A stretch of 64,000 nt of DNA from the NCBI GenBank assembly GCA_013265495.1, contig MU058478.1, forward strand, positions 187,816 to 251,815. The letters run 5' to 3'. This stretch comes from Vicugna vicugna (lineage: Eukaryota). The notes under the pieces are model-generated. The model was not told the origin of the DNA. It saw only the letters and a program-made list of their open reading frames with translations, and did not search any database. The position numbers and the translations under genes were made by a program. Every line of letters starts with the position of its first letter. Position 1 is the first letter of the stretch. Of this stretch, positions 1 to 12,986 are shown in pieces.

Positions 1-829
1 ACACGGAAACGTTCACTATAAAATGAAATTTCTAAAAATGAAAATAAGGACTTTACCACTGGAATAATTCCCCCCCCCCAAAAAAAAAAGGAATTCTGTT
101 TTGCAGAAAAGAGATGCTACGTTTTGATGCCATTCTATTTTGTTTCAGTGGGATGACCTGAAAATGGCCTGAAGGCAGTACCTAATTTAATTATCTTCAA
201 AAATCGAGCCACATACTTTGACTGCTCTAACTTGAAGTCAGTGCAAATCTCCCTCTTACAGGACAAATATATCTGCATGATTGTAATGGCAACTGGTCAT
301 ACATGTGATGTCTCTCCCTGCATCATTCTCTCAATGACCGTTCCTGGAGATTTATAGAATCAAAGATGTTCTAACCGTAAATAAAACGATTTGATGGATG
401 CACTACAAGATCTAAAGAGTACTGGTTGACCTGTCCTGTGCACAGATATTTGCTTATGTTGGCTGTGTTTTTTTTTTTTTTCCCCGTAAGTGTGTAGTGT
501 ATCCACCAGCATCTTTCTCTCACTGCAATCATTGAATCTGCTTTCGTGCAACCTATCTGTTTATATCCATCTGTATTCAGAAGCGATGTGGAAAAATATA
601 ACAGTTATTCAATCTCAATGAAGACGGCTAAATGGTTGAAAAATAAAGAAACTAAAAAGCATTAAAAAAAAGAATAAAAAAATTATCCATTATTTTGGGC
701 AAAACATGGTTATGTTTCCTTTCCTGTCCATCAGTCGAAATGATGTGAATTCCTGGCTCTATTCTAAAATCTATTAACTATAAGTTGTGTTAGAGGGACC
801 AGAAGTCTGCAGTCTGCTGGGCATGTCCC

Positions 830-1040
830 AGTGAGTCAGACCTCCCAGGGCTTGGGTCCCACTTCGATCTCTTGTCGCCTGTAGCCTGAAGCAGGACACG
901 TACCTGCCCTGATCCTCACACCTCTGGTCTCTAAAGTGAAGTTCCTACCCTTCCCATCACTGCGGTGACACTAAAATGACATTGCATATAAAGCACTTAC
1001 AACAGTGGTAGCACGTGGTGCACGATCTTTAAAGATTATC
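830..1040 (+). mobile_element. MIR SINE, degraded
   Basis: Resembles the MIR core and 3' tail (taaaatgacattgcatataaagcacttacaacagtggtagcac). Boundaries approximate. Confidence 0.5.
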
Positions 1041-1299
1041 AATAAATCTATCATAGTATTTGTGTCCTATGTACTTTGAAAAATGTAACAACACAAGTAG
1101 TATTCATTTTGCAATTTTTTCTTCGCTCACACACCTTGTCCCATGGAATATTGTGTTTCTTCTGCGTGATGGAGTGAGTTATCATTTTTTGATATATTGG
1201 GAGAGGCTGACCAATATTGCAATAATTTGCTCCTTAAAAGTTAGTGGAACTCAGCTTTTGGTCCTAGTATTTTTTTTTTTAATAAATTCTTTGTTGTTT

Positions 1300-1416
1300 C
1301 CCTTAGGGGAGAGGTAATTAGGTGTATTTATTTATTTAATTTTTGATGGAGGGCCTGGGGATTGAACCCAGGACCTTGCGCATACCAGGCATGTGCTCTA
1401 CCATGGAGCTCCAACC
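1300..1416 (-). mobile_element. Camelid-type tRNA-derived SINE
   Basis: ggggattgaacccaggacc is the reverse complement of the B box; tail gaggtaattaggtgtatttatttattt. Same family recurs five more times in the window. Confidence 0.85.
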
Positions 1417-1419
1417 TGT

Positions 1420-4400
1420 AGGCTGATCCTGGTGGTCTTTTCATGTGATGACTTGAAGCTACCAATTCAGCTTTTTAACGATTATAAAATATGTACAATG
1501 CTATATTTTCCTATAAATCTTCCCATTCTGACATGTTATTTTTTTACCTTTTAAAATTGATTTTTAGCTCACAAACATCCCCTCATTTCCATTTAACTTA
1601 TATAGTATTTACCACTATTGTTTTCTTTCAAGCATCATTTTAGCCGAGTTCCACAACCACCTTCATTATTTTTTAGTTACAAGTATGTTCCTACATTTCC
1701 ACATTAATTTATTCTTATATCAATGCTTTATTTAAAAGGATTTTTTTTCCTTTTACTGTATGAAGATTTTTCATTGATCCCTTCTTTAATAAACTTCGAA
1801 TTTAATTATACTGTGAACTAATTAATATAAAATATTTCCATTTTTGCCACTTGGCATGTTGCCTAATGAGAAGTTAAATTTTATAAATGTCACATGGTTG
1901 TAGGTTTCCATCTGTATTATTCTAATAGATCAAGTCATTAATTTTCTTATGCAAAATGTCTCTCTAACTAAAGTTCAATCACTCTGAACTTTCGATAATT
2001 TAAAAATCTATTGGGAACTCCCAGTTTGACAGTGCCTTTCTCAGTTTCACTTGCAACTCATTTTATATTTACATTATTTTATTTTATTTTTTTAGATCCT
2101 CAGTGCATTTACCCATAATGATGTCTTTGTCTCAGGTCTTTTTCTCTAATATCAATATAACACAGACCTAATATTAACATACATCTGAGGTTTCATGCTG
2201 TTTCCTTTTTGGCTGTAATGACACACACGCACATACGTACACACTTTGTTTTTTCAGACTTTCATGTCTTTTTTTAAACATTTTATTGAAGTATAACAGG
2301 TAAGTCAAATCTTCAGCTGGATACACTCTTACAAACCGAACACACCCATGCAACCAACAAACAGATTAAAAACAAGCAAACATCAGAACACTCCCAGTAT
2401 CGCAGGCGTTCACCCTCTGCCCAGTTCAATTACCACTCACACTCCAGACTTAACCACTAACATGACTTGAATACTCCCCTTTGGCTAGCAATTGAATTTT
2501 ATATAAATGGATCACAAAATGTGGACCCTTGTGTGTCTGGTTTATTTAACTCAAATACGGTGATTGTGTGATTTCTTGTTCATAACATTGGTCCATGGGC
2601 TCACACTTCAATGATATCACTTAAAAATACTCTATAGATAAATTTTCCTGCACTCGATCTGAAAGTCTGCTTTAAAACTCAAGCTTAGACCGTTTATATT
2701 ATAATGATATACATTTATATATTTCATTTATTTAATTTATAAATATATTTATATTATTTTATATTAATGTAATTTAATATATATATTATATATATTTTCT
2801 TTTTGCATTGATACACTTTCTTTTTGCATTGATACATTTTCCTTTTTGCCTTTTTAAAGGTCAATTAACTTTTATGTTTCCTTGTTACATATTTTCCTTC
2901 AGCTGGCTTGCAAATAACTTCCTCAATTTCTCATTTTCATTTTTCAGTGGTTCATTTTGAAATTTTAACGAATATTTATTTTAATATCTCACACCTCAGC
3001 ATGTTTCTATCGCCAACATTTTAATTCTGTCCTCTTAATTCTAGCCTAATTGTTATCATTAATGTTATTTTCTTACCAAGTCCAAACTCCTTCTGCTCGT
3101 TGCATGACAGGCCAGTAAATCAGCAGCCAAGGCAAGGAATAGTGACTTTATTAGGAAAGCCAGCAGACTGAGAAGATGGGAGGCTAATGTCCTGGAGAAC
3201 CATCTCCCCTGAGTCAGAATTCAGGCTCCTTTTATACTAAAAGAGGAGGGGGTGTGGTTGATTGTTGCAAATTTCTTGGAGCAGGAATCCTTTGTTCTTG
3301 CAGCTGTGCCCAGTGGTCAGGTCACGGTGCCCCTGCAAACTTCCAACAAAACAAATCTTATTTTCTATTCTGCAACTTGTTATCTTTATAGACCTGCAAA
3401 GGTGTTAATACCCTTAAAGGTCAGAGTCTTGAGGATGGGCTCTCCTGTGTGTTTCAGGCTCGAGGCAACATTATGTTACAAAAGTTGCAGAACCAGTGTG
3501 ACTGAGCCCAGGAAACAGAGCCCAGGGTTACAGCCGATGGGGCAGATCTAATACGGAGTCAGATCTGTCCCTTTTCTGTTACAATTTTCACCTGCAATGC
3601 TTATTTAGATCTGTCAATATTTTTCCTTTGTAGGGGCATTGCTTTTCTTCTTTCTTAAGTTCAGCCTCTAAATTTAAATATATGTGTATTTATTTGTGCT
3701 CCTCTGAGAACATCCTTCTTTCACTCTGCCTTTTGAGAAGATGTTTTGCTAGATACGCAATTCTAAGTTCACATCTCTTACTTAAAAATAACTGTCTCTT
3801 GAAGATATTATTCAACCATTTATGGCTACTATTCTTGCAGTTGTAAAGTTGTGGCTCATCAAGTTACCATTTCTTTCTAAGTGATCTATTATTTCTCATG
3901 CTCTTCCTTAATTAACTCTGCCTTTTATTTGATATTCTGTCCATAGTTTCCCTAAAACATATCTAAGAAAGAGTTTCTGATTTCTTTATTGCATTTTCTT
4001 CCTTTCTTTCCCTCTTTCTTTCTTTGTCTCATGGTATACATTGTCCTTTCTGTATTTGTGATTTTGTGCTTTTTAATCATTTCTAGAAAATTCTTGATTG
4101 TTCATCTAACCAATGTTTGACTCAACTCATTCTTTTCACTCTCTTTCTCTTGCCCTCCTGTTCAGATAAGACTTTCTCCTTGTGTCTTATCTCTTGACTT
4201 CTGTTTCATTGTCTCCTTGCTTTTTATTATATTCTGGCTCATTTCCTTACACACATCTACCAATCCACTATTTTTCTCACGAGCTCTATGTCTGATGTTT
4301 AATGCAATATTTGAGTTCAGAGTTTTACGCATTGACATTTTGTGCCAAATCTTTTTTTTTTTAATTTTCAGGTAGAGTTATTTTATATTTTGCGTCTGAT

Positions 4401-4900
4401 AACTAATTCTATTAATTACTTTTGGCTCTTTCTATTGGTGATTTCTTTCCCTTTCAGTTTGAGATCTTTTGTTGTGATCTCCTAATGTTTGAAATTCATC
4501 TGGAAATCCAAGGACAAAAAAAAAAATTGTGGCTATTTTCTTCCAAGAACATTTGCTTCTGTCTGGAAGTAAGACTATTACCAAAGAGGGACCACTATGG
4601 CCACCTTTCAGAATCTCTAGTTTATTCTAAAAGCATCTCAAGCTCTTCTCTGTCAGTTTGCTGTTGGCCCAAGGCTTAGTCTCTTTGTTTATAAGATTCA
4701 TGTTGAAATGTGCATTTAGGAGCTCTTGTTTGCATTCAAATTATTTTTATGCCTCTTGGAGAGTCCCCTTACTTTGTGCAATCCCATCAGTACAATTAAA
4801 AGTGTACCATAAGCAGCATTTAGTTGTTTTCCAGAGTGAAGTGCCTTCTGAATACATTGGTATCTTCTTTTCTACCTTGTTTGAAATGAAAGATGTCCAT
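1420..4900 (-). mobile_element. Old degraded L1 fragments, interrupted by the LTR at 3071-3583
   Basis: T-rich plus strand with L1M-like antisense motifs, including an L1 3'-end-like piece at ~2270-2600. No open frame. Confidence 0.45.
3071..3583 (-). mobile_element. ERV1-type solo LTR, family A copy 1
   Basis: Plus-strand termini tcttacc...tgttaca, 4-bp TSD attt (3067-3070 / 3584-3587). AATAAA and TATA-like tataaaaa lie on the minus strand. Homologous to copies at 14208, 30120, 30730 and 55100. Confidence 0.85.
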
Positions 4901-5139
4901 TTAGTGCCTCTGTGTGCACTGTAATTTCATTTTACATGTCTCAATGAGTGATATTACAAGATTTTTCCACCATAGATCCTTTAATCCTAAAAGTCCTAAT
5001 GGCTAGATATACCATTAAACACAAGGTGAAAAGTACTAGTAGTGGGGTGAAAAATATTTATTATATAAAAATGGACCTAATTCTAATGTGTTATTTTTTA
5101 AAAGTTCGAATTTTTACAATCCTTTTTTTAAAAAAATTT

Positions 5140-6031
5140 TTTTTGAGGGAAGTAATTAGGTTTACTTATTTTTTTAAAAATTTTTTATTGATTTATAATC
5201 ATTTTACAATGTTGTGTCAAACTCCAGTGTATAGCACAATTTTCAGTTGTACATGAACATACATATATATTCATTGTCACATTTTTTTCTCTGTGAGCTA
5301 CCACAAGATCTTGTATCTATTTCCCTGTGCTGTACAGGATAATCTTGTTTATCTATCCTACAATTTTGAAATCCCAGTCTATCTTTTCCCACCCCCCACC
5401 CCCTTGGCAACCACAAGTTTATAGTCTATGTCTGTGAGTCTATTTCTGTTTCAACAAATGATCAATAGGCACATGAAACAATGCTCAATGTCACTAATTA
5501 TCAGAGAAATGCAAATCAAAACTACAATGAAGTATCACCTCACACCAGTCAGAATGGCCATCATTCAAAAGTCCACAAATGACAAATGCTGGAGAGGCTG
5601 TGGAGAAAAGGGAACCCTCCTACACCGCTGGTGGGAATGCAGTTTGGTGCAGCCACTGTGGAAAACAGGATGGAGATTCCTCAAAAGACTAGGAAAAGAC
5701 TTACCATATGACCCAGGAATCCCACTCCTGGGCATATATCCAGAAGGAACCCTACTTCAAAATGACACCTGCACCCCAATGTTCATAGCAGCACCATTTA
5801 GAATAGCCAAGACATGGAAACAGTCTAAATGTCCATCAACAGATGACTGGATAAAGAAGATGTGTTATATTTATACAATAGAATACTACTCAGCCATAAA
5901 AACTGACAACATAATGCCATTTGCAGCAACATGGATGCTACTTATTTTTTTTAATGAAGGTACTGGGGGCTGAACCCAGAACTTGGTGCATGCTAAGCAT
6001 GTGCTCTACCACTGAGCTATGCTCTCTCCCT
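5140..6031 (-). mobile_element. Camelid-type SINE split by an L1 insertion (tail ~5140-5177, head ~5939-6031)
   Basis: The tail gagggaagtaattaggtttactt and the head ggtactgggggctgaacccaga...ctctaccactgagctat are separated by the L1. Confidence 0.8.
5178..5938. mobile_element. Young L1, 5'-truncated with 5' inversion: 3'UTR on minus (~5178-5450), ORF2 C-terminal piece on plus (~5451-5938)
   Basis: ORF 5428-5973 encodes the L1 ORF2p C-terminus ([47 protein letters not shown]). TSD tacttattttttt(t)aa at 5163-5177 and 5939-5954. Confidence 0.9.
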
Positions 6032-6539
6032 AATGCATTATTCTTTAAAAAATAATAGCATCCTTGGTCATTATGCAGGAACAGTTGATGCCCTAGCCTT
6101 TCATGCACCCTCACACGTTTCCCAGTCCTTCTGTGGTTGGGCAGGACCTAGTGGATAATGGATGAAGGTAACATGCTGAATCCATGAGGAGAGAGCTGAG
6201 CGGGGTTTCAGGTGTCCCTTCCCTCCCGCAGTGACCACGATGCCCGTGCACTGACCTTCCGGAGACACAGCATTGAAGAAGCCCCACCTCACCAGCAGGT
6301 CCTAGATTGCTGCTCCGACCTGCAGCAAATACTCATCTTAGCATCACTAGCCACTGAGACCTGAGGGTTCTAGCGGCAAAATTTAGCCTCACCTGAGAGA
6401 TACGGTAAAACATTATTTTAGGGGGATTTTTAATAACAGTTTATGGAACCATTTTTTTCTGAAATTCGGCCCGTTCACAACGAAGTTGTCACCTTCTCTC
6501 TGCACCCCCTCCCTTCCCCTTCTGTGCAGTGCGGTGGGG

Positions 6540-6740
6540 TTTGTGGGAGTCCCTTGTGGACCCCGGGCCACTCATCACCTTTGAAGCCCAAGGCAAGTTA
6601 CTTCAGCGCTTTCATCCCTATTTTGTCTCCTGAAATGTGACTGCGATCAGAATAACCGCTTCCAACGATTGTTCTTAGAATGAAAATGGTGATTGTACAT
6701 AAAGCACACATGACAGAGACCAGCACAAAGCATCCTCTTC
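6540..6740 (+). mobile_element. MIR SINE, degraded
   Basis: ggcaagttacttcagc...gattgttcttagaatgaaaatg...acataaagcac resembles the MIR core. Confidence 0.5.
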
Positions 6741-6774
6741 AGTCTGGTAGCCTGTAACCAGATTTTTTTTTATT

Positions 6775-7070
6775 TATTTTTAATTTTTTAAATAGACTTA
6801 ATTTTTTTAGAGCAGTTTCAGGTTCACAATAGAAATGAACAGAAAATGCAGAGTTTGCACAGAGCCCTCCCCACCCACAGGTATGTCCTCCGCGACCCTC
6901 AACGTCCCTCATCAGTGTGGCATCTTTGGGACAATCGATGAACCAACATGGACACATGATCATCAACCGAAGTCCAGAGTTTACATGAGGGTTGACTCTT
7001 GATGTTGGACATTCTATGGGCTTTGACAAATGCATAATGACAGGGAGCCACCACTATAGTATCATACAGA
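6775..7070 (-). mobile_element. L1MC-like 3' end fragment
   Basis: tagagcagtttcaggttcac...caatcgatgaaccaacatggacacatgatcatcaaccgaagtcc; related pieces at ~34335-34530 and ~60995-61310. Confidence 0.7.
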
Positions 7071-7249
7071 ACCCGATTTAATCTTATCTAAAATGCCCAG
7101 TTTCTAAAAAGAACGTACGTAACATGCATAGAAACGTGAAAGGATAATTATGACACATACACTGGAAATAAAAGTGTAACACACAACGGCTTATGAGAGC
7201 ATGTGAATGAAGTCACTAGGGAATTGCAAATTAAAATAAGAATGAGACA

Positions 7250-7905
7250 AGCCGGCTAGACCGCGGGGCCCAGTTTGTCTGACCGAACACTAGGCTGAAA
7301 AGATGCCGTGAAGGTACTTTTTAGATGTGACTAACATTTAAATCGGTAGAGGTTGGGTAGCGAAGATTGCCCTCCATGAGCTCGATTCACCTCATCAAAT
7401 TAATTTAAGGCCTTAAAAGCAAAGACTGCAGTTTCTTGAAGAAGAAATTGAGCCTCAAGAGCGCTACATAGAAACCCTGGGTAAGTTTTTGCCAACCCTG
7501 CGGATTTCAGAATTCAGATTAAAATGTTAACTCCAGCCTGCCTGTTTGCCTCATGGATTTCAGACTTACCAGCCCCCACAATTATGCAAGCCAATTCTTT
7601 AAAATACCTCTCTCTCTCTGTCTCCCCATATATAGGTGTACATACACAAATATATCTTATTTATATATAGTATATATTTCACATATGTAAAATATATATA
7701 ATATTGTATTAAGATTACAACTGTTATTCTTATTGCTAAATTGTGATGACATATATAAAAATTAAACATTTTGTATGTAATATATATCAATATGACACAT
7801 ATAAGATTATATATATGTCTTATTTTTATAAATAAGATATCACATGTATATATCGTATTAATATACACATACATATATATTCACTGGTTCTTTTTCTCCA
7901 GGCCA
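7250..7905 (+). mobile_element. MLT2-type ERVL LTR with expanded internal TA-rich tract
   Basis: gtgaaggtactttttagatgtgactaacatttaaatc...ccagcccccacaattatgcaagccaattctttaaaat matches the MLT2 pattern. TA-rich low-complexity tract at ~7629-7880. Confidence 0.75.
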
Positions 7906-8479
7906 ATCCAATTGATGGGCAAGGTGATGGAGTCACAAGAATTCTCAGTCATTTCTGGCAGAAATGCAAAATGCTTCAACCATTTTGGAAGACAATGTTT
8001 AGTGTTTTTTTTTTAAGGAGTTAAATGTGATCGATCAACTGCGCTCCAGGGTATTTACCAAACTGATTTAAAAACTTAGGTCCACGCAGAAACCTGTAAG
8101 GAAATGTGTGTGACAGCTTTATTTATAATTACCAGAAATTGAAAGAAACTCACAGTAACTCACAGATGAATGGATAACATATATATTTCAGTTCATCCAT
8201 GCAATGGAATACTGTCCACTGATATAAAGAAATGAGCTAGCAAAAGACTTGAATACACCTTAAAGACATTTTTTTTTCTGAGTGAAGGAAGCAATTCTGA
8301 GAAGACTGTGTACGGTGTGCTTACATTTTCATGACGTTCTGCAAAAAGTCAAAACCATGGCCATGGGAGGTCAACATCTGTTGGCAGCTTCTCGTTTTCC
8401 ACAGACCTGCGCTGCGTTAAAGTGGTGGAAAATATGGAAAGGTTTCGAATATTTTCTCTCATTCTGTGGGCTGCATTCT

Positions 8480-9090
8480 ACTTTTTGACACTATTGAAAA
8501 TCATTTGACCATATACGTGAGGCTTTTTAATTCTGGGTTCTGTATACTGATTTATATATATTTATCTGTCTTTATACCAGAATCACAGAATGACTGTAAT
8601 TTTGCATCAGATTATAAAATCAGAGAGTGTGAGTCCTTCAGGTCTTTTTTTCTTTTTCAAGATCATTTTGCCTACTTGGGGTCCCTTGAAATTTCACATC
8701 AATTTTAGGGTGGGGTTTTCTACTTCTACAAAAAAACATCATGGGACTTTTTTTTTTTAATCTGTAGTATTGACACATCTTAATAACATTAAGGCTTCTA
8801 ATCCACAAACATCCCTGTGAATATCTTCTTTAATTTTTTTTTCAGTAATGTAGCTTTCTAGGTTAATTCTTGGGTATTTATTCTTTGTGACACTACTGTA
8901 ATAAAATTGTTTTCTTAATTTCCCTTTTGGGTTGTTCCATGTTAGTTAACAAAAATGCAACTGATTTTTGTGTTACCTTTACGTGAGTTTTTGTGTGTGT
9001 GTGTGTGTGTATGTGGAAACTTTTGGGGTCTCTCCCCATATAAGATTATATCATCCATGAACAGAGGTGATTTTACTTCCAAACCTTTAA
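8480..9090 (-). mobile_element. Old L1 ORF2 fragment
   Basis: Minus ORF 8942-9169 contains LEVKSPLFMDDIILY, a degraded form of the L1 RT motif LSLFADDMILY. (TG)n at ~8992-9010. Confidence 0.7.
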
Positions 9091-11369
9091 ACCGAGATGA
9101 TTTCACCTTTAAAATTTCCAAAACTGTGCCCTCGATTTTATTTTCTCTTCTTTCACTGCTCATGGGCACCGTTTTGTTGTGAATGTGGCCCCAAAGTGAT
9201 ATGCTAAAAGAAAACTTCTGTTTGTCTCTTTCCCCTGCTTTATAAACCTGTCATATTATCTGCTGGCTAGAGATTCAATTTTAAACTCCTGCCAGTGTTT
9301 AAGGTCCTTTCCTCCCATTTTTAACTAGATTCACATTTAGACACCCCAAATCATTCAATCTAAGTTCCCACCACTAAATGCCCAGCGTTCTATGAACTTT
9401 CACACCGTTGTGTGTTTCCATGAGACGTTACCTCTTCCTCTTGTATTTTATTTCATTTTCCTGGAGATGAACGATGCAATGCCCCACCTTGTCAACAAAC
9501 ATTTCTAACTTGGAAGAATCAAAACGTTCTTTGTCTGAATTTGCATAGAAATTTGTGCCAACAACCAGATGAACAGCAGTCACACTGTAACATTTTTGTT
9601 ACTTTTCTAAAGGATGAAAAAAACATATTGAAGTTTGAGACAAAGAAACAGTGTGAGGAAAACTGTTTATTTTTAATAAAGGCGCATTCTGGAGTTTTTC
9701 TTTAAATATTTTTCTGACTCAACCAGGTTATTTTATTTCCTTCTTTATTTCCAGCCTAAAATTCATGTAACAACAGGTAGACGGCATTTGATGGATTTTT
9801 TTTTGAGCTCAATACAGAAAGGGTCTCATACATATGGCCATTATGACTGTAAAATATGTAATAGCATAATGTTTCATAATAACAGATTGCATTTTTCGAG
9901 TCTACTGATTAACAGCCACTCTGTTTGGTGCTTTGCATGCACTTAAATTTCACAGCCTCATAGTCAAGTTGTCATCATTAACCCTGCATTATAAATGCAA
10001 ACTTGGGAGTCAGGTAACTGAATAAGCTACGATGCGTACTCATTTTTGTCATCCTTTGGAACTTTCAGTCTCCACCAATATATGCTCCTTAAAATTAGGT
10101 TAACTGAAGACTTTGAGGCATACTTCAAACAAATAGCTTTTTTTTTAAATGATTAAGCTTGAATAACCCTCATCCTATAATTACCTTTAAAATATTTGGA
10201 GTTGGTAAGAATCTGAGAAGGAAGAGCCGTGCGAAGCAGACAGTCCTGGGACCTTCAGGATGTTGAACATCTGGGGACACTTTTCCTTCAGTCTCTTCCA
10301 ACTGGATGGTCATCCCACTATTTCCGTCTGCCAGTGGCATTCTCCAGAAACCAGAGCTTGTCCATGCAGCCCATGCTTAGATATCTCATGGGACACACAT
10401 CTAGCTTGTAACCATCATCCACTCCTGTGCTGAGGGTCAAGGTTTGGAACCCCCACCAGTGAGAAGGTTGGAGTTTGTTCCTCCCCTGCAGACTCTCCTC
10501 CAGGCACAATAGGCATTTGTGTGGTTCTTTTAACTTTCACTTTTCCAGGAGGACATTCGCCACCCTGTAAATCTGTCATCATTGTCACGCCATCTTGATC
10601 TTTCTGCCTTCTGATCACCGTTAAACCCAACCAGTGGTGACTGAACCTACCTGGAATTGGAAAGAAACCCGAAGAGGAAAACATGCTAAGGTCTGAGTGG
10701 CTTAAAGCTGTATTTCTTCCATGGAAATAATCTTATCACAATGGAGCATAGGTGGTCATTCATGATCATAGAACTAACATTATGTAATAAGGCGGCTGGT
10801 TTATGGTTTTGAGAACCACTTTGCTTTCTAGTAACAGTTGGCTAAGGAAAAAAGGCTAAACCATACTTTGGATTTTTAACATCGATAAAACTATTTTCTC
10901 GTTGAAACAAATGCCCTCTGCGCCCTATACGATCAGGCTGGGGTGGCGGAAATAAAGACCAGGAGGGGCTGGCTGACTGTGTCTCTATGTGCTTTAAAAA
11001 TTAACAGTGTAACCTTTAGTGATTTTACCGGGCTCCACTTGCAAAGTTCTTACAGGCACTTTTATTTTTAGTGTGCTTTTTTTCTTTTTTTTGCAAAATT
11101 TGCCTGTGCCAGTAAGAAGGAAATAGAACCCTTGTAAATTATTTGTATTCTCGGTAATTCACAGTTCACAGTAGCTTGTTCAACACGAATAGGGTAAAGG
11201 CTCAATTTTTTTGCGATGAACGAAGGCAGAACTTTTGTGATGAATGCCGTTTCTCTTAAACATGAATGATTGATTCTAAACTGTAGCTTCAAACAATTGT
11301 TTTAAAGCACCAGCTAGCACGCACCGGTCAATGTGGCTTCAATTGCCTCTCCTCATATGAGAAGCACTA

Positions 11370-11789
11370 TGTCAAATTTCTTCCCTTTTTGTCACTTTCC
11401 ATGCACTCCCTAATCCCAGACCTTCTATTTTTCCTTATTTTTTCCCCCTCATAATTTCACCCCTGTGTGTCTCCCCTGGCAGCAGGCTCCCTCATGCATG
11501 AGGTGAGAGCAATTGGACTTTTGCATCTGCAAAAATAAGAACAAACTTGCAATAATTTGTTACCTTGTATGTGATCTCTATGGAAACCAGCTCCACCCTT
11601 TGAATTCTTGAAATTTTACTCTAAAATACCCACTGTCTCTCCCCAGCAGGTTCACAATCTTGGAGGCATTAGCCCCCTGTAACTTCCTTCACTGACAAAG
11701 AAATGAAGCTGCCTTTTCCACGTCATCCAATACTCTGTCCTGGGGTCTCCATTCTGTAATCGGGACATGGAGGCCAAGTTTTAGCAACA
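11370..11789 (+). mobile_element. ERV1-like LTR, 5' boundary uncertain
   Basis: Ends in ggaggccaagttttagcaaca; U3/R-like segment cacaatcttggaggcattagccccctgt. Confidence 0.55.
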
Positions 11790-12629
11790 AGCGGACATCA
11801 GACAAGTCCAGACAGTGGTCCCTGGGAGAGAAACACGAGACAGCCCTGCATTGCCCAGCTCACCCTGCCTGGAGAAACTCCAGCTGCACAGGGAGAGGGT
11901 ACAGAGCAGGGCAGGCCCTTGAGCTGAGGCGGGACTGGAGAAGCAGAGGCTGAATTCTCATGTTACCCTGATGGAGAGAACGGAATTTCCCAGACAGACC
12001 GGCCAGGAATTCACAGAGGATCCGATCCAGAAACTTTTCCAATTGTGCACCTTAAATATATGCAGTGATTGTATGTCAGTGACATCTTGAAATTGAAAAG
12101 GTGTCATTGACATACAATATTTGCCTTGAAAACTAAAAGTGCCTTAAAAGTTAGAAGGCAAATGCAGATTATCAAACAGTATGTAAATTGTAATTTGAAA
12201 TATTTAAATAAATCTACAGTTGTTTAATGTCTTAAAAATAACAGAACATCAGAATCGTTTTTATGAAAATTCTGTGTCCATCAAGTTGTCAAGAGAGGAG
12301 TCGGTTTCATGGCTCATGTGCGTGACCTCTAAGCTCACACATAAATGCGAGTTCTGAGAAAATGTGATGGTGTTACGTTACAGACGACCCTCGGCAGCAC
12401 TGTGACTCCACGTTGTGTCACCAGTCACCTCTAGAACTCCGAAATGGAACAGGAGGAACAGCAGAAAATGAACTCTGGGGTCGGGGAAAGGAAGCTGCAT
12501 TTTGCAGGGATCCCTGGCTAGTGGGGGTCAGTCTGCTTGGTGAGCGGAGCCTGGGCAAGGTTACTGATCAACCTTTTGTCTACGTTTGTCCCCAGCTCCG
12601 AAGCTCCCCTCGTTTGGAGTTGGTGTCCT

Positions 12630-12986
12630 TCTTCAATAGCTTGAGCCTCATTACATGCTCACTGTGATAAACTAGCTGCTAAATGTCACTCCCATTGGTG
12701 CCATGTCAGTTCCAGGCTGATCACAAAAGGCCCCAAGTGGGTGGAGCCCAATTCCTGGAAATCCCCGCCCCTTCCCCAGCATAATTGGAATAACCCTCCC
12801 ACTCATTAGCATATGAAGTTGCCCAGCCCATAGCAGCCAAACTCCCCCACACCTGGTGGCTGCTGTCCCTTCTGAGTGAGACCGTCCCCACTCTGTCTAT
12901 GGAGCATCTCCCTGCAGAAACTCACTTGCCCTTTACTATGCCTGAGTTCTTTCCTGCCGGAGGCAAGAACCTATTCTCCAGCGACA
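12630..12986 (+). mobile_element. MER41-like ERV1 LTR
   Basis: cccaattcctggaaatccccgccccttccccagcataattggaataaccctcccactcattagcatatgaa resembles artiodactyl MER41-like LTRs; ends gcgaca. Confidence 0.65.

Noticed and set aside
5428..5973. Longest ORF (181 aa) as a host gene
   Set aside because: It is the L1 ORF2p C-terminus inside an inverted L1 insertion; the start and stop come from flanking repeat sequence.
7599..8016. Ile/Tyr-rich ORFs on both strands
   Set aside because: Translation of the TA-rich low-complexity tract inside an MLT2 LTR.
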